From Candidatus Yanofskybacteria bacterium (lineage in GTDB: Bacteria > Patescibacteriota > Minisyncoccia > 2-02-FULL-40-12 > IGHO2-01-FULL-4-A), in contig JACOZV010000001.1 of NCBI GenBank assembly GCA_016181175.1, forward strand, positions 4,643-68,642: a DNA stretch of 64,000 bases. The letters run 5' to 3'. The notes under the pieces were generated by a model that saw only the letters and a list, made by a program, of their open reading frames with translations, was not told the DNA's origin and made no database searches. The translations under genes were made by a program, and so were the position numbers. Positions 18,218-28,204 of the stretch are shown here, in pieces (the first letter of the stretch is position 1; the number at the start of each line of letters is the position of its first letter).

Positions 18218-19294
18218 ATGCTAAAAAAACTTGCGATTTCTTTTATCTTTATCCTCATCATCACAGCCACTTTCCTGGCCGGTTATTTGTTCAGCCGTAA
18301 ATCAGACTTGCCAGATCAACAAGCCTTGATAAATAATTCGCTAGTTGAACGCTTTAATCAAACTGAAGAAAAATACGTTGAGCCGACTGGCCTTTTTGAG
18401 CTTACATCTGGCGAAGCAAGTTTTCCAACGATTCGAGCGAACGGCGAAATATGGTACTACACGCCCAAAAATGGAGAGATACGCTCTGCTTCATTTAAAA
18501 ACCTTCTTGCCGGTTCTGCCCTTGTCGCAAAAATTCAACCCAACGCAATCAATATCAGCTGGGGATCAGATAAGACATTGCTGGCAAATTATTCAACAGG
18601 CGCGATTTACTACGATCTCGGTTCAAATTTTTCCAAAAAATATGAGATTAACATAAAAAACCCCGTTCTATCCAAAACAGGAAACAAAACCGCCTACATT
18701 TATTTTAACCAAGAATCGGGAGAAGGTAATATCAGCATCGCCAACCCCAAATTAGAGTCATTCAAAAATGTTCTTCCGACTCGTTTTACAAACTGGCAAA
18801 TCAAATGGTTGGGAGAAAACAAACTAGCGCTTACTAAACCGCCGACTCTGGAAAGTTCTCAAGCGTCACTTTTTACTTTGGACACGGAAAATGGAAAAAC
18901 ATTACAAAATATAATCAACTTAAAAAATAATCTTGAAGTCGCGTGGTCGCCTGACGAACAAAAAATAGTTTATTCTTATGTTGACTCTTCAACCGGGCAA
19001 AACGGTTTGTATCTTATGAATTTGGGCGCCAAAGAAGAAATGCCCCTCAATCTGAACTATACTGCTTCTAAATGTGTTTGGAGTTTTGATAATAAAACCG
19101 TTTACTGCGCCGGGGTAGATTCATTCGTGTCCTTAGACGCGACAGCGGCAAATGCGGGCACCCAGACAATCGCTAACTCCCAAAGCATTGACGCCTCTTC
19201 CGCCACAAATCTTTTTCTAACCAGCACTGGCGACTATATTATCTTCAAAAATATCAAAGACGGTAAGTTGTACGGGCTACATTTGGCACAGTGA
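18218..19294 (+). CDS. Membrane-anchored beta-propeller (TolB-like) protein
   Basis: N-terminal TM; WSPDEQKIVY and KCVWS repeats. Confidence 0.7.
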   Translation: MLKKLAISFIFILIITATFLAGYLFSRKSDLPDQQALINNSLVERFNQTEEKYVEPTGLFELTSGEASFPTIRANGEIWYYTPKNGEIRSASFKNLLAGSALVAKIQPNAINISWGSDKTLLANYSTGAIYYDLGSNFSKKYEINIKNPVLSKTGNKTAYIYFNQESGEGNISIANPKLESFKNVLPTRFTNWQIKWLGENKLALTKPPTLESSQASLFTLDTENGKTLQNIINLKNNLEVAWSPDEQKIVYSYVDSSTGQNGLYLMNLGAKEEMPLNLNYTASKCVWSFDNKTVYCAGVDSFVSLDATAANAGTQTIANSQSIDASSATNLFLTSTGDYIIFKNIKDGKLYGLHLAQ

Positions 19295-19310
19295 TAAACA
19301 AAACGGGTTT

Positions 19311-20756
19311 CTACCAATTCTCAATTTCCTCGGGTAGCTCCGGGGATTTTTTTATGGAGATAATCTCACGAAGGTCAGCTCTTGTAAAAACTCTCAATGC
19401 CAACAATAGAGGAAAATACAACAACGAAATAAGCGATGCTTTAGTAAAACTGTCCGTAAGAGGATACATCAACACTGCTATGATGGTCATGGCCAAAATA
19501 GTTTTGGCAAATAAGGTCTTGTTGACTGTAATTTTAATACTGCGATGAATCAACCAAAACATAGCAAGGGTTATAAAAATCTCGGTTACTACCGTCGTTG
19601 AGGCGGCGGCAAAGTAGCTGTACTCGGGAATCAATAAAAAATTAAGTCCGACGTTGATTACCGCTCCGGTAAAATAAATCCACATAGCTTTTCTTTGCAA
19701 GTTTAGCGCGATAATCGTGTTGCCACCCAAATTGCCGAAAAATATCAAGAGTATGGCAAAACTCAAAATCTTAAGAACCGGGCTGGCTTCAAGGAACGCA
19801 CCTCCACCAATTGCTCTTACTATCCAATCAGACATCAAAAAAATATAGACGGAAAAATAAAGGGCGAAAATTGTGACTACATTAAATGCGCTCTTGAAAG
19901 TTTTGATGAACTCCGGCCTGTTTTTAACCGCAAATCGGGAAAGGAGAGGCATTACCAGACCAATATAAATTGCCGGCAGGAATATAACCGCCTCCAAAAC
20001 TTTGTAAGCAGCAGAGTAAATGCCGACGTCTTGGGCCGGCTTCATTACTGAAAGCATAACTGTATCCAGTTTGAAATAGATAAGAACTAGCACTAAAGAA
20101 ACCGCGATAGGGAAAGCAGTCTTGAGGGCATGGCGGAAATAAACAAAGTCAATCATCGGCTTTACCTTGACCATGCGTCTGGAAAATCCATAGATAAGGA
20201 CAAGGTGAACCGTTTCCGAAAAAACCACAACGGCTACGAACCACAAAAGGCCAGTTTCAAATTTGATTAAAATTGCCAACGAGCCCAGTTGGACAAATCG
20301 CGCTAAAATATCGGCAAATGAAACAAAATAAATACGCACATATTTCTGGAATATACCGGTTAAAACTTGCGCCAAAGAAGAACCGATGGAAAAAAGAGAA
20401 GCAATTAGAACACCGAGTTTAACTTTAAGAGGGTAGGGAAAGGCAAAAACTAACAGATCAGCCAAAATTATTATTGAAACTACCGTCAGAAGACGCAGAG
20501 TAAAAATTTTACTGGCTATCTTCCTTTCTTCACCAGGCTCACTGATACGCGAAATTTCTCGGACCATAAAAGTATGAAGTCCGAGATCGGCAACAGCGGT
20601 AAAAATATAAAGGTAAGCGAAAATCGCGCTGTATTGGCCGAATCCCTCCGGCCCCAAAAAACGCGTCAAAATTCCAACAACAACCAAACTCAATCCGCCG
20701 ATTATCCCGCGGGATAATGTCGCGATACCCAAATTATATGAAATCTTTTGCAACAT
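19311..20756 (-). CDS. Polysaccharide flippase (Wzx/RfbX, MOP superfamily)
   Basis: TRFLGPEGFGQY, DLGL, LDTVMLS, VGIYSAAYK; many TM segments. Confidence 0.9.
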   Translation of the reverse strand: MLQKISYNLGIATLSRGIIGGLSLVVVGILTRFLGPEGFGQYSAIFAYLYIFTAVADLGLHTFMVREISRISEPGEERKIASKIFTLRLLTVVSIIILADLLVFAFPYPLKVKLGVLIASLFSIGSSLAQVLTGIFQKYVRIYFVSFADILARFVQLGSLAILIKFETGLLWFVAVVVFSETVHLVLIYGFSRRMVKVKPMIDFVYFRHALKTAFPIAVSLVLVLIYFKLDTVMLSVMKPAQDVGIYSAAYKVLEAVIFLPAIYIGLVMPLLSRFAVKNRPEFIKTFKSAFNVVTIFALYFSVYIFLMSDWIVRAIGGGAFLEASPVLKILSFAILLIFFGNLGGNTIIALNLQRKAMWIYFTGAVINVGLNFLLIPEYSYFAAASTTVVTEIFITLAMFWLIHRSIKITVNKTLFAKTILAMTIIAVLMYPLTDSFTKASLISLLYFPLLLALRVFTRADLREIISIKKSPELPEEIENW

Positions 20757-20875
20757 CGCTGTTTGTTTTATCTAACAAAATATTACCAGCATTACTTCGT
20801 AGCGACAACTCATCGCGCTAAACAAATCTGCGTACGAAAATGTGTGTTTACAATCTGCCTTGTGAAAGTAAAAGA

Positions 20876-20902
20876 CAAAACCCGCCTTATCGGCGGGTTT
20901 TG
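20876..20902. terminator. Intrinsic terminator hairpin
   Basis: CAAAACCCGCC-TTATC-GGCGGGTTTTG downstream of jag. Confidence 0.7.
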
Positions 20903-20948
20903 GTTTCTAAAAAATACCCTGGTGTAAATAATACTTGTCAGATTTTAA

Positions 20949-21467
20949 TTAAAGGGTTAGGGGCTTAACGACAATGCGGCGGCGAGGTTCTTGGCCGATG
21001 CTTTCGGTTTGAACTTCTTTAAACGCAGCCAATTCGGTATGCACCAAACGCCGCTCGTAAGAACTCATGGGCGGTAAGGCTTCGGCCTTTTGTGTTTGAA
21101 CTACACGCTTGGCAATGTTACGAGCTGTCTCAATAAGATAATTTGTTTTGGACTTTCTGTAATCATTTATATCAACAATAAAATTAATCGGCGGCTGACC
21201 AGTAGAAACAGCAAAAGCACGATTTACGAGCAGGCGAACAACATGATCAAAAGCGCTAAGGTTCTGGCCGTTTTTGCCAATTAGTATGCTTAAGTCTTTA
21301 TCCGACTCAATTGAAACCACCGAAAAGTTTCCTCTTTTTTCTTCTGTCAACATTCCTGGTTCCGACTCCGTCAAACTTTCAGTCAACTTAACTTCTCCTT
21401 CAAAACCAACCTTATCCAACAGGTCTTTAACAATTTCTATTATTTTATTTTTTACATCTTCGTTCAT
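20949..21467 (-). CDS. jag: Jag/KhpB RNA-binding protein (KH and R3H domains)
   Basis: LIGKNGQNL, PPMSSYERRLVH, ESIGQEPRR; conserved oriC synteny. Confidence 0.92.
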   Translation of the reverse strand: MNEDVKNKIIEIVKDLLDKVGFEGEVKLTESLTESEPGMLTEEKRGNFSVVSIESDKDLSILIGKNGQNLSAFDHVVRLLVNRAFAVSTGQPPINFIVDINDYRKSKTNYLIETARNIAKRVVQTQKAEALPPMSSYERRLVHTELAAFKEVQTESIGQEPRRRIVVKPLTL

Positions 21468-21479
21468 GTTTGCTTGTAA

Positions 21480-22196
21480 TTATTGCAGACTTGCCGTTTT
21501 ATATTTTCTATTTATATACAACTGTTCAAATATAGAAAATACGGTAGCCGCAACCCAATAAATAACCAGTCCAGTTGGTAAATTCCAAGCGATAATTATA
21601 ACCATAACAGGGAAAAAATACAACATTTGTTTATTCATCTGAAAAGCGGCTGTCGGACTACTTTTGTCCACCGGCCCCTGCAGTTTTGCCGCTTGCTTGG
21701 ACTGAAACCATTGCATAACTCCAGCCAAAATTGCAAGGTACGGGCTCTTATGCGTTAAATCAATAAAGCCAAATGCGATTTGTTTTATAGCTCCAGGATT
21801 ATCAATAAAAGAATAGAGCGCGCTAAAACTTTCTGGTTTCAATCCTGACCCCAGGGCGCTATAAAGCGCTATCAACACCGGTAATTGGACAAGAATTGGC
21901 AAACAGCCGCCGAACGGATTAACTTTGTGCTCTTTGTATAATTCCATTGTTGCTCGGCCTAACGCCTGTTTGTCGTTTTTATACTTATCTTGAAGCTCCT
22001 TTATTTTTGGTTGTAATCTGCCCAATTCTTTTTGTGAAACCAGAGCTTTTATTGAAAGCGGAAAAAAAACAAACCTTACGATTAATGTCAGTAAGATGAT
22101 GGCCAAGCCGAAATCGCCTCCGGGAATAATGTTGTAAATAAAAATCAGGAGGTTAAATAAGGGACGGAACAGAAGTTGGTTATAAAGTTCTGTCAT
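21480..22196 (-). CDS. yidC: Membrane protein insertase YidC
   Basis: GLAIILLTLIVR, LQPKIKELQ, NPFGGCLPILVQLPV. Confidence 0.95.
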   Translation of the reverse strand: MTELYNQLLFRPLFNLLIFIYNIIPGGDFGLAIILLTLIVRFVFFPLSIKALVSQKELGRLQPKIKELQDKYKNDKQALGRATMELYKEHKVNPFGGCLPILVQLPVLIALYSALGSGLKPESFSALYSFIDNPGAIKQIAFGFIDLTHKSPYLAILAGVMQWFQSKQAAKLQGPVDKSSPTAAFQMNKQMLYFFPVMVIIIAWNLPTGLVIYWVAATVFSIFEQLYINRKYKTASLQ

Positions 22197-22199
22197 GTG

Positions 22200-22436
22200 T
22201 TAATTGTTAGAAACTAAGTCAATACCGCCTTTTGAAAGTGGATTGCATTTTAATATTCTAGCCAAGCCTTTTAATAAGCCCCTGCCTAAACCAAATTTTT
22301 CTATTGCTTCGCGGGTATATTGCGAGCAACTTGGATAAAAACGGCAACGCATGTTATTTCCGGTAAATATAAGACCGTGATCAGGTGATAAAGTTTTTTG
22401 ATAAAGACTGATGAGTTTTAAAAATATTTTTTTCAT
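22200..22436 (-). CDS. yidD: Membrane protein insertion efficiency factor YidD
   Basis: CRFYPSCSQY, RILKCNP, GGID. Confidence 0.95.
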   Translation of the reverse strand: MKKIFLKLISLYQKTLSPDHGLIFTGNNMRCRFYPSCSQYTREAIEKFGLGRGLLKGLARILKCNPLSKGGIDLVSNN

Positions 22437-22557
22437 CCCGTTAGAGACAGGCTGCGACTATGTCGCAACCGTGCCCAGTTAGCTTGTTATTTATTCCCGT
22501 TGAGATATTTTAGCCATCACCTTTTTAAAAAAGTGTTTGCTGTGTCTCTAACGGGAT
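22435..22557. mobile_element. MITE-like element with CCCGTTAGA/TCTAACGGG ends
   Basis: 15-bp perfect IR ATCCCGTTAGAGACA / TGTCTCTAACGGGAT; overlaps the yidD start codon. Confidence 0.8.
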
Positions 22558-22565
22558 TCATAATT

Positions 22566-22901
22566 CTATTGACTAAAAATCTTTTTGATTGTTTCTTCTA
22601 AATCCTTCTTGATTTCTTTTGATGTCTTATCTACGATACTTAATGTAGCAGTAATCACGAGGTCGTACGATTTTTCTAAAAAATGTCCAGAGCGAATGAT
22701 TTCTGTACAAATTCTTTTTAGACGATTCCTTAATATTGCTCTTTTTAAAATCTTGGCAGATACAATTACTGCTATCCGCAGAAATCCTGTCTCATTTTTT
22801 AAGAACCGGATAAAGAAAAAACTGTTTCTTACAGTTTTCCCTTGCCTTAAAACATAATTCAGATCTTTTCTGTTTAATCGATACTTACGAGCTAGCGCCA
22901 A
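22566..22901 (-). CDS. rnpA: Ribonuclease P protein component
   Basis: KRAILRNRLKR (RNR motif); synteny. Confidence 0.92.
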   Translation of the reverse strand: MALARKYRLNRKDLNYVLRQGKTVRNSFFFIRFLKNETGFLRIAVIVSAKILKRAILRNRLKRICTEIIRSGHFLEKSYDLVITATLSIVDKTSKEIKKDLEETIKKIFSQ

Positions 22902-22956
22902 TTTTACTAAAATCTACTGACTGCTGACTAAAGTTATTAACTTTAGAGCTTAGTCT

Positions 22957-23094
22957 TTAGACTGTTAATTTGTACCTATTTTTCTGCCGACGTCGAGCCA
23001 ACACTTTTCTTCCATTCTTAGATCTGGCGCGCTTTAAAAATCCGTGTGTCTTCTTTCTTTTTTTCTTTTTTGGACGATATAGTGTTATTTTCAT
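22957..23094 (-). CDS. rpmH: 50S ribosomal protein L34 (missing from the ORF track)
   Basis: Manual translation [45 protein letters not shown]. Confidence 0.95.
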   Translation of the reverse strand: MKITLYRPKKKKRKKTHGFLKRARSKNGRKVLARRRQKNRYKLTV

Positions 23095-23215
23095 ATTCCT
23101 ATACTATAGCAAAGCATATTAATTTTGCAATTAATACTGGTTGTTCACTTTTCATCAACAAATTGTCAACGAAATTATATTTTTAATGTTTTTTTATTAA
23201 TCTATACTTAATTTA

Positions 23216-24586
23216 ATGATCAACGAAGAGCTCTGGAAAGCAGTGTTAACAGAGATGGAGTTGTCCCTTTCTAGGGCTAATTTTACTACCTGGTTTAAAG
23301 GTACTTCTTTACTGGCTTACAATAACGGGTCTGTTTTAGTTAGTGTCCCTAATGGTTTTGTTAAAGAATGGCTAGAAAATAAATTTGGCAAACAGATTCT
23401 CCAAGTGATAAGGAACTTGCAGCCGGATGTTAGGGAAGTTAAGTACGCCGTGGGTGGTATTCGCATAGGCTTGGCAATCCAAAAAAGAGATTTTGCTCAA
23501 TTACTTCCTGAAAAAAATACTGATGAAAAATCAGATGCTGATATAGACAAGACTACCAACTTGAATAAACGCTATACTTTCGGTTCTTTTGTGGTTGGCA
23601 GTAACAATGAATTGGCGCATGCCGCCAGCTTAGCAATTACAAAAAACTTAGGTAAAACCTATAACCCGCTTTTTATCTATGGCGGGGTGGGCTTGGGCAA
23701 AACTCATTTACTTCAAGCAACTGGCAATCAAATAGGTTTAAGTTATCCAGATAAAAAAGTATGCTATATTTCTTCAGAAAGGCTGACAGCTGACATAATA
23801 GAATCATTAAAAAACAAAACAATTGAAGAAATGAAACAACGCTATGCCAAGCTTGATCTTCTAATTATAGATGATATCCAATTTATTGCCGGCAAAGAAA
23901 GAACCCAAGATATTTTCTTTTCTACTTTTAATGAACTTTACGGCAAGAATAAACAAATCGTTTTATCTTCTGATAGACCCCCAAGCGCAATACCGGCACT
24001 AGAAGAACGTCTTCGCTCTAGGTTTGAAGGGGGTATGATAGCTGATATTGGAATTCCTGATTACGAGACACGACTTGCGATTCTTAATATGAAATGCAAG
24101 GATAAAAATTTTGAAGTTGATCAAAACTCCCTTGCTTATATTGCTTCGAACATCCAAAAAAATATCCGTGAGCTTGAAGGTGCGCTAAATAGGATAAGAG
24201 CTTTTAGCCAGATATATAATAAGGTTCCTGACTTTAAAGAAGTTAAGAAACTTTTAGCAGCCTACCTTAACACTCCTTATCGCAAAACAACTCATCAATC
24301 AATTTTAAAATCAGTCGCTGATTTCTACAGCATACCAATTACTGACCTAATCAAAAGGAGCCGAAAAAAAGAAATTGTAAGGCCAAGACAAATTGCTATG
24401 TTTTTATTACGAGAAGAAACAAAATCATCTTTCCCTGAAATAGGTTCAAAACTAGGCGGCCGTGATCATTCGACAGTAATACATGCTTATGAGAAAATAA
24501 AAAAAGAAGAAGAAAATGAAGAAGTAACTAAACAAGAATTAACTTTAATAAAAGAAAGAATTTACCAAACTTTTGAAAATTCTTAA
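23216..24586 (+). CDS. dnaA: Chromosomal replication initiator DnaA
   Basis: YNPLFIYGGVGLGKTHL, IDDIQF, IRELEGAL, GGRDHSTVIH. Confidence 0.98.
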   Translation: MINEELWKAVLTEMELSLSRANFTTWFKGTSLLAYNNGSVLVSVPNGFVKEWLENKFGKQILQVIRNLQPDVREVKYAVGGIRIGLAIQKRDFAQLLPEKNTDEKSDADIDKTTNLNKRYTFGSFVVGSNNELAHAASLAITKNLGKTYNPLFIYGGVGLGKTHLLQATGNQIGLSYPDKKVCYISSERLTADIIESLKNKTIEEMKQRYAKLDLLIIDDIQFIAGKERTQDIFFSTFNELYGKNKQIVLSSDRPPSAIPALEERLRSRFEGGMIADIGIPDYETRLAILNMKCKDKNFEVDQNSLAYIASNIQKNIRELEGALNRIRAFSQIYNKVPDFKEVKKLLAAYLNTPYRKTTHQSILKSVADFYSIPITDLIKRSRKKEIVRPRQIAMFLLREETKSSFPEIGSKLGGRDHSTVIHAYEKIKKEEENEEVTKQELTLIKERIYQTFENS

Positions 24587-24868
24587 CTATTTACTAGATA
24601 AAAAATTATTATATTTTTAGTGACTAACATGTTGATATGCGTGTTAATTACCTATTAATAATTCATTGATAATATTCTACTTTTAAATGCTCAAAAAATA
24701 AAATTAAAAATTATACGCTATTTATAAATAAAATATCCCTAAATTATTCACAGGTTTTACAATAAAGATTACTATTATAATTACTGGTTAAATTATTAAT
24801 TCTACTACTTATAAACATCTATTATAATTATTATTTATTTTAAAATCTAAATAATTATAATCAAAATT
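24587..24868. other. Probable replication origin oriC
   Basis: Very AT-rich dnaA-dnaN spacer; DnaA-box-like TTATTCACA (24744-24752) and TGTTGATAT (24630-24638); plus strand looks C-rich before and G-rich after (judged by eye). Confidence 0.7.
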
Positions 24869-25966
24869 ATGGATCTAGTGGTTAATCAAAAAAGACTTAT
24901 TTCAGCAGTAAGGACAGTAGAAAAAATAGTTTCTAAAAATATTTCGTTACCAATATTGAATACAATATTACTTAAAACTGACAACGGAAGATTAAAATTA
25001 TCAGCAACTAATTTAGAAATAGGAATTAATTATTGGTTAGGAGTAAAAATAAACGAAAATGGAGAAATTGCTGTTCCTGCAAGAGTTTTTTCAGATTTTA
25101 TCAATAATGTAACTGATGAAAAGTTATCTTTAATAACTAAAAAAAATACAATTTTTATTAATTCTGAAAATTATAAAACACAAATACTTGGTATAGAAAC
25201 CAAAGATTTTCCTATAATTCCACAAATTAAAAAAGAAGCGTCTTTTAAAATAAATAGTCAAAAAGTAAAAACAGCATTAACGAGTGTTATTGATTCCGCT
25301 TCATTATCAGAAACTAGGCCAGAAATTAGCGGAGTATATGTGAGTATTTCTTCTAAAAAAGCAGAATTTGCAGCTACAGACAGTTTTCGTCTTTCTGAAA
25401 AAATAATTGATTTACTAGATAGTTCAGCAAAAACTTTTATTTTACCTCGCAATACGGTTGTAGAAATAATTAGAGTTGCTGAAAATATTGAAGGAGATTT
25501 ATCTTTTGTTGTTTCCGATAACCAAATTCTTATTTATGGTGATGATTTTGAAATTATTTCTCGTCTTATTGACGGACACTACCCGGAGTATAAAAGAGTA
25601 ATACCAGAAAAATTTGTTGCACTTGCTAAGGTGCAAAAAAGCGAATTTGAAAAATCAATTAGAATGGCAAGCATTTTTTCGTCTTCAATTTCTGATATTA
25701 AAATTAAAGCAGATAAAGATTTAATGGAAATTTCCGCTAAAAATAGTGATCGTGGTGAAATAGCTGCTAATCTTGCATGTGAGATTAAAAATAAGCCATT
25801 TGAAATTTCCGTTAACTACCATTACTTACTAGATGGTTTAAAATCAGTGTCTACTGATCACGTTATTTTGGAGTTTACAGGCGATGGAGGTCCGCTTGTA
25901 ATAAAAGGTGAAAACCAAAAAGATCATACTTATGTGATTATGCCATTGAGAAATTTAAGAAACTAG
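24869..25966 (+). CDS. dnaN: DNA polymerase III beta sliding clamp
   Basis: LSATNLE, AATDSFRL, SRLIDGHYPEY, YVIMPLR. Confidence 0.97.
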   Translation: MDLVVNQKRLISAVRTVEKIVSKNISLPILNTILLKTDNGRLKLSATNLEIGINYWLGVKINENGEIAVPARVFSDFINNVTDEKLSLITKKNTIFINSENYKTQILGIETKDFPIIPQIKKEASFKINSQKVKTALTSVIDSASLSETRPEISGVYVSISSKKAEFAATDSFRLSEKIIDLLDSSAKTFILPRNTVVEIIRVAENIEGDLSFVVSDNQILIYGDDFEIISRLIDGHYPEYKRVIPEKFVALAKVQKSEFEKSIRMASIFSSSISDIKIKADKDLMEISAKNSDRGEIAANLACEIKNKPFEISVNYHYLLDGLKSVSTDHVILEFTGDGGPLVIKGENQKDHTYVIMPLRNLRN

Positions 25967-25974
25967 ATATAAAA

Positions 25975-28155
25975 TTAGGGATTTATGGCCGGAGTTGTGG
26001 AGGCTTGTGGAGTGAGGTTGGTGAGCCATTTTTGAACAGCATCCTCCCAATTTGAAAATTGCGAATCAGAATATAGATTTAATGGATATGGCCCAGTTGG
26101 GTCATTTTTATTTATATAGTAAAGAATAGAATGTATACCATCGGGACCATTATAGTTGCCATTAAGCATAATTTTATCAGTAGTAATAGGGTCTGGTTTA
26201 ATGAATTGTTCTGGTGTGGTACCAACTAAAGCACGTGCCATAAATTCGTGCCACATAGGGGCAGCTGCAGATAAACCGGCACCCTCTCTGGTCATCGAGG
26301 TATTGTCGTTATTGCCAGTCCAAACGCCTACAACAAGTGAAGGTGTGTATCCGAGTAGCCAACCATCGCGATTCTCTTGTGTGGTGCCGGTTTTAGCGGC
26401 CACAGGACGTTCCGGGAAGTGCAAGGGACTGTTGTAGCCAAATACCGGTCCACGGGCGTTATTATCAGATAAAACGTCAGTGATAAGCCGTGCAACTTGG
26501 GGGTCGAGCACACGCTCTTCCTCTCTCTTGTATTCTTCCAGGATTGTGCCATCACTTGCGACAACCTTAAGCAAGAAAGACGGGAAAACCCTAATTCCGT
26601 CATTTGCAAAAACTCCGTAAGAATTAACCATATCAACTAATTTGACTTCGCCTCCGCCAAGTACCAGAGAAAGACCGTAGCGGGAGCGATCATTTAAAGT
26701 GGTAATTCCCATTTGGTGGGCGAAATCAATCGTATCATCAGTGCCAGCAAGATAAAGTGTTTTTACAGAAGGCAAGTTAAGCGATTGACCCAAAGCTTGA
26801 CGCATAGTTACTGGTCCGCGAAATCGGCCATCGTAGTTTTGAGGATTGTAACAATCCTCGCCGTTGGCGTTCTTTTTTTGAAAAGTGGATGGATTACAGT
26901 TAGGATTAAATTCGGTGGGTAAATCAAATAGAATTGTTGAATCGGTAAAACCTTTGAGAAAAGCCACAGAGTAAGCAAATGGTTTAAACGAAGAACCTGG
27001 TTGGCGATAAGCCAAGGCTACATTGAAATTACCTTCAAACTTGCAGTTATCGCCAGGAATGCAACCTTCCGGTTCGGGTTTGCCAAAATAATCTTTGGAG
27101 CCGACCATAGCAAGAATCTGTCCAGTTTTTGGATCTGCGGCGACAAGCGCGGCATTGTTTGCTTTATACCTCTCGGTATTTATTTTAGCGTATTTTTCTA
27201 CAGTTTCTTCGGCTACTGTTTGTAAATTGGTATCCAAGGTTGTGATTACGCGTAGACCGCCATTTTGGACAGTGTCTTCACCGTATTTTTTTACCAAATA
27301 TTCACGTAACATAATAACGAAATGCGGAGCAATAATGCTTTCTTGAAATGGTTTAATTTGGGGAGTTTCTTTAACTGCTTTATCGTATTCGTTTTGGGTA
27401 ATAATTTGGCTGTTTTTCAGTCGTTCCAAAAGGTAATTTCTTCTAGTGATAAGTTCTGAAAAATGGTTACCATAGGGCGAGTAATAACTTGGGGCCTTAG
27501 GGAGTGATGCAAGAAGAGACGCTTCCGACCAGCTTAATTCTTTGGCTGATTTGTCAAAAAAGGTCTGACTGGCTGCTTCAATACCATAAGCGTTAGAGCC
27601 ATAAGGTATTTGGTTTAGATACATCCAAAATATTTCATCTTTGTTGAATTTACGTTCAACTTGGATTGATAGTACTGCTTCTTTGATCTTGCGCGGCAAG
27701 GTTTTTTCTTTGCCAAGGAGAGAGAGCTTAATGAGTTGTTGAGTAATAGTAGAACCGCCTTGCGAGGCGCTTAAACTAATTACATCTTTGTAAAAAGCCC
27801 GCAAAATACCTCGAAAGTCCACACCCTTATGTTTGTAAAAATCAGCGTCCTCGGATAGCAGAGTGGCTTTTTTGATGGTCTCGGGCATTTGATTCCAGGC
27901 GATAATAGTGCGTTTTTCTTCGCCGTGAATGTCGTATAAAAGCGTTTCGCCGGCGCGGTCATAGATTTTGGTGGACTCGCTTACGCGGCGGGCGGAAATT
28001 GCCGAAGGATCGGGAACCTGGCCAGCGTAATAAAGGAACACGGCCACAGAAAAAACCAAGCCGATCACGGCCAGGGTTATTATTCCAACCAAAATATTTT
28101 TGATAGTTGCTGACTTGTGCTTATGTACAACAGCCATTAATCTTAATTTTGCCAT
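25975..28155 (-). CDS. Class A penicillin-binding protein (PBP1A family)
   Basis: Glycosyltransferase motifs EDADFYKHKGVD and GGSTITQQLIK; transpeptidase motifs GSSFKPF, SLN, KTGT. Confidence 0.95.
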   Translation of the reverse strand: MAKLRLMAVVHKHKSATIKNILVGIITLAVIGLVFSVAVFLYYAGQVPDPSAISARRVSESTKIYDRAGETLLYDIHGEEKRTIIAWNQMPETIKKATLLSEDADFYKHKGVDFRGILRAFYKDVISLSASQGGSTITQQLIKLSLLGKEKTLPRKIKEAVLSIQVERKFNKDEIFWMYLNQIPYGSNAYGIEAASQTFFDKSAKELSWSEASLLASLPKAPSYYSPYGNHFSELITRRNYLLERLKNSQIITQNEYDKAVKETPQIKPFQESIIAPHFVIMLREYLVKKYGEDTVQNGGLRVITTLDTNLQTVAEETVEKYAKINTERYKANNAALVAADPKTGQILAMVGSKDYFGKPEPEGCIPGDNCKFEGNFNVALAYRQPGSSFKPFAYSVAFLKGFTDSTILFDLPTEFNPNCNPSTFQKKNANGEDCYNPQNYDGRFRGPVTMRQALGQSLNLPSVKTLYLAGTDDTIDFAHQMGITTLNDRSRYGLSLVLGGGEVKLVDMVNSYGVFANDGIRVFPSFLLKVVASDGTILEEYKREEERVLDPQVARLITDVLSDNNARGPVFGYNSPLHFPERPVAAKTGTTQENRDGWLLGYTPSLVVGVWTGNNDNTSMTREGAGLSAAAPMWHEFMARALVGTTPEQFIKPDPITTDKIMLNGNYNGPDGIHSILYYINKNDPTGPYPLNLYSDSQFSNWEDAVQKWLTNLTPQASTTPAINP

Positions 28156-28204
28156 AATTTAGCTAAATTTACAAGATTCCGGTATGAGTATATAATTTGA
28201 TTAA

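Noticed and set aside
9612-19294. Prophage or ICE
   Set aside because: No integrase, relaxase, phage structural genes or flanking att repeats; composition matches the host
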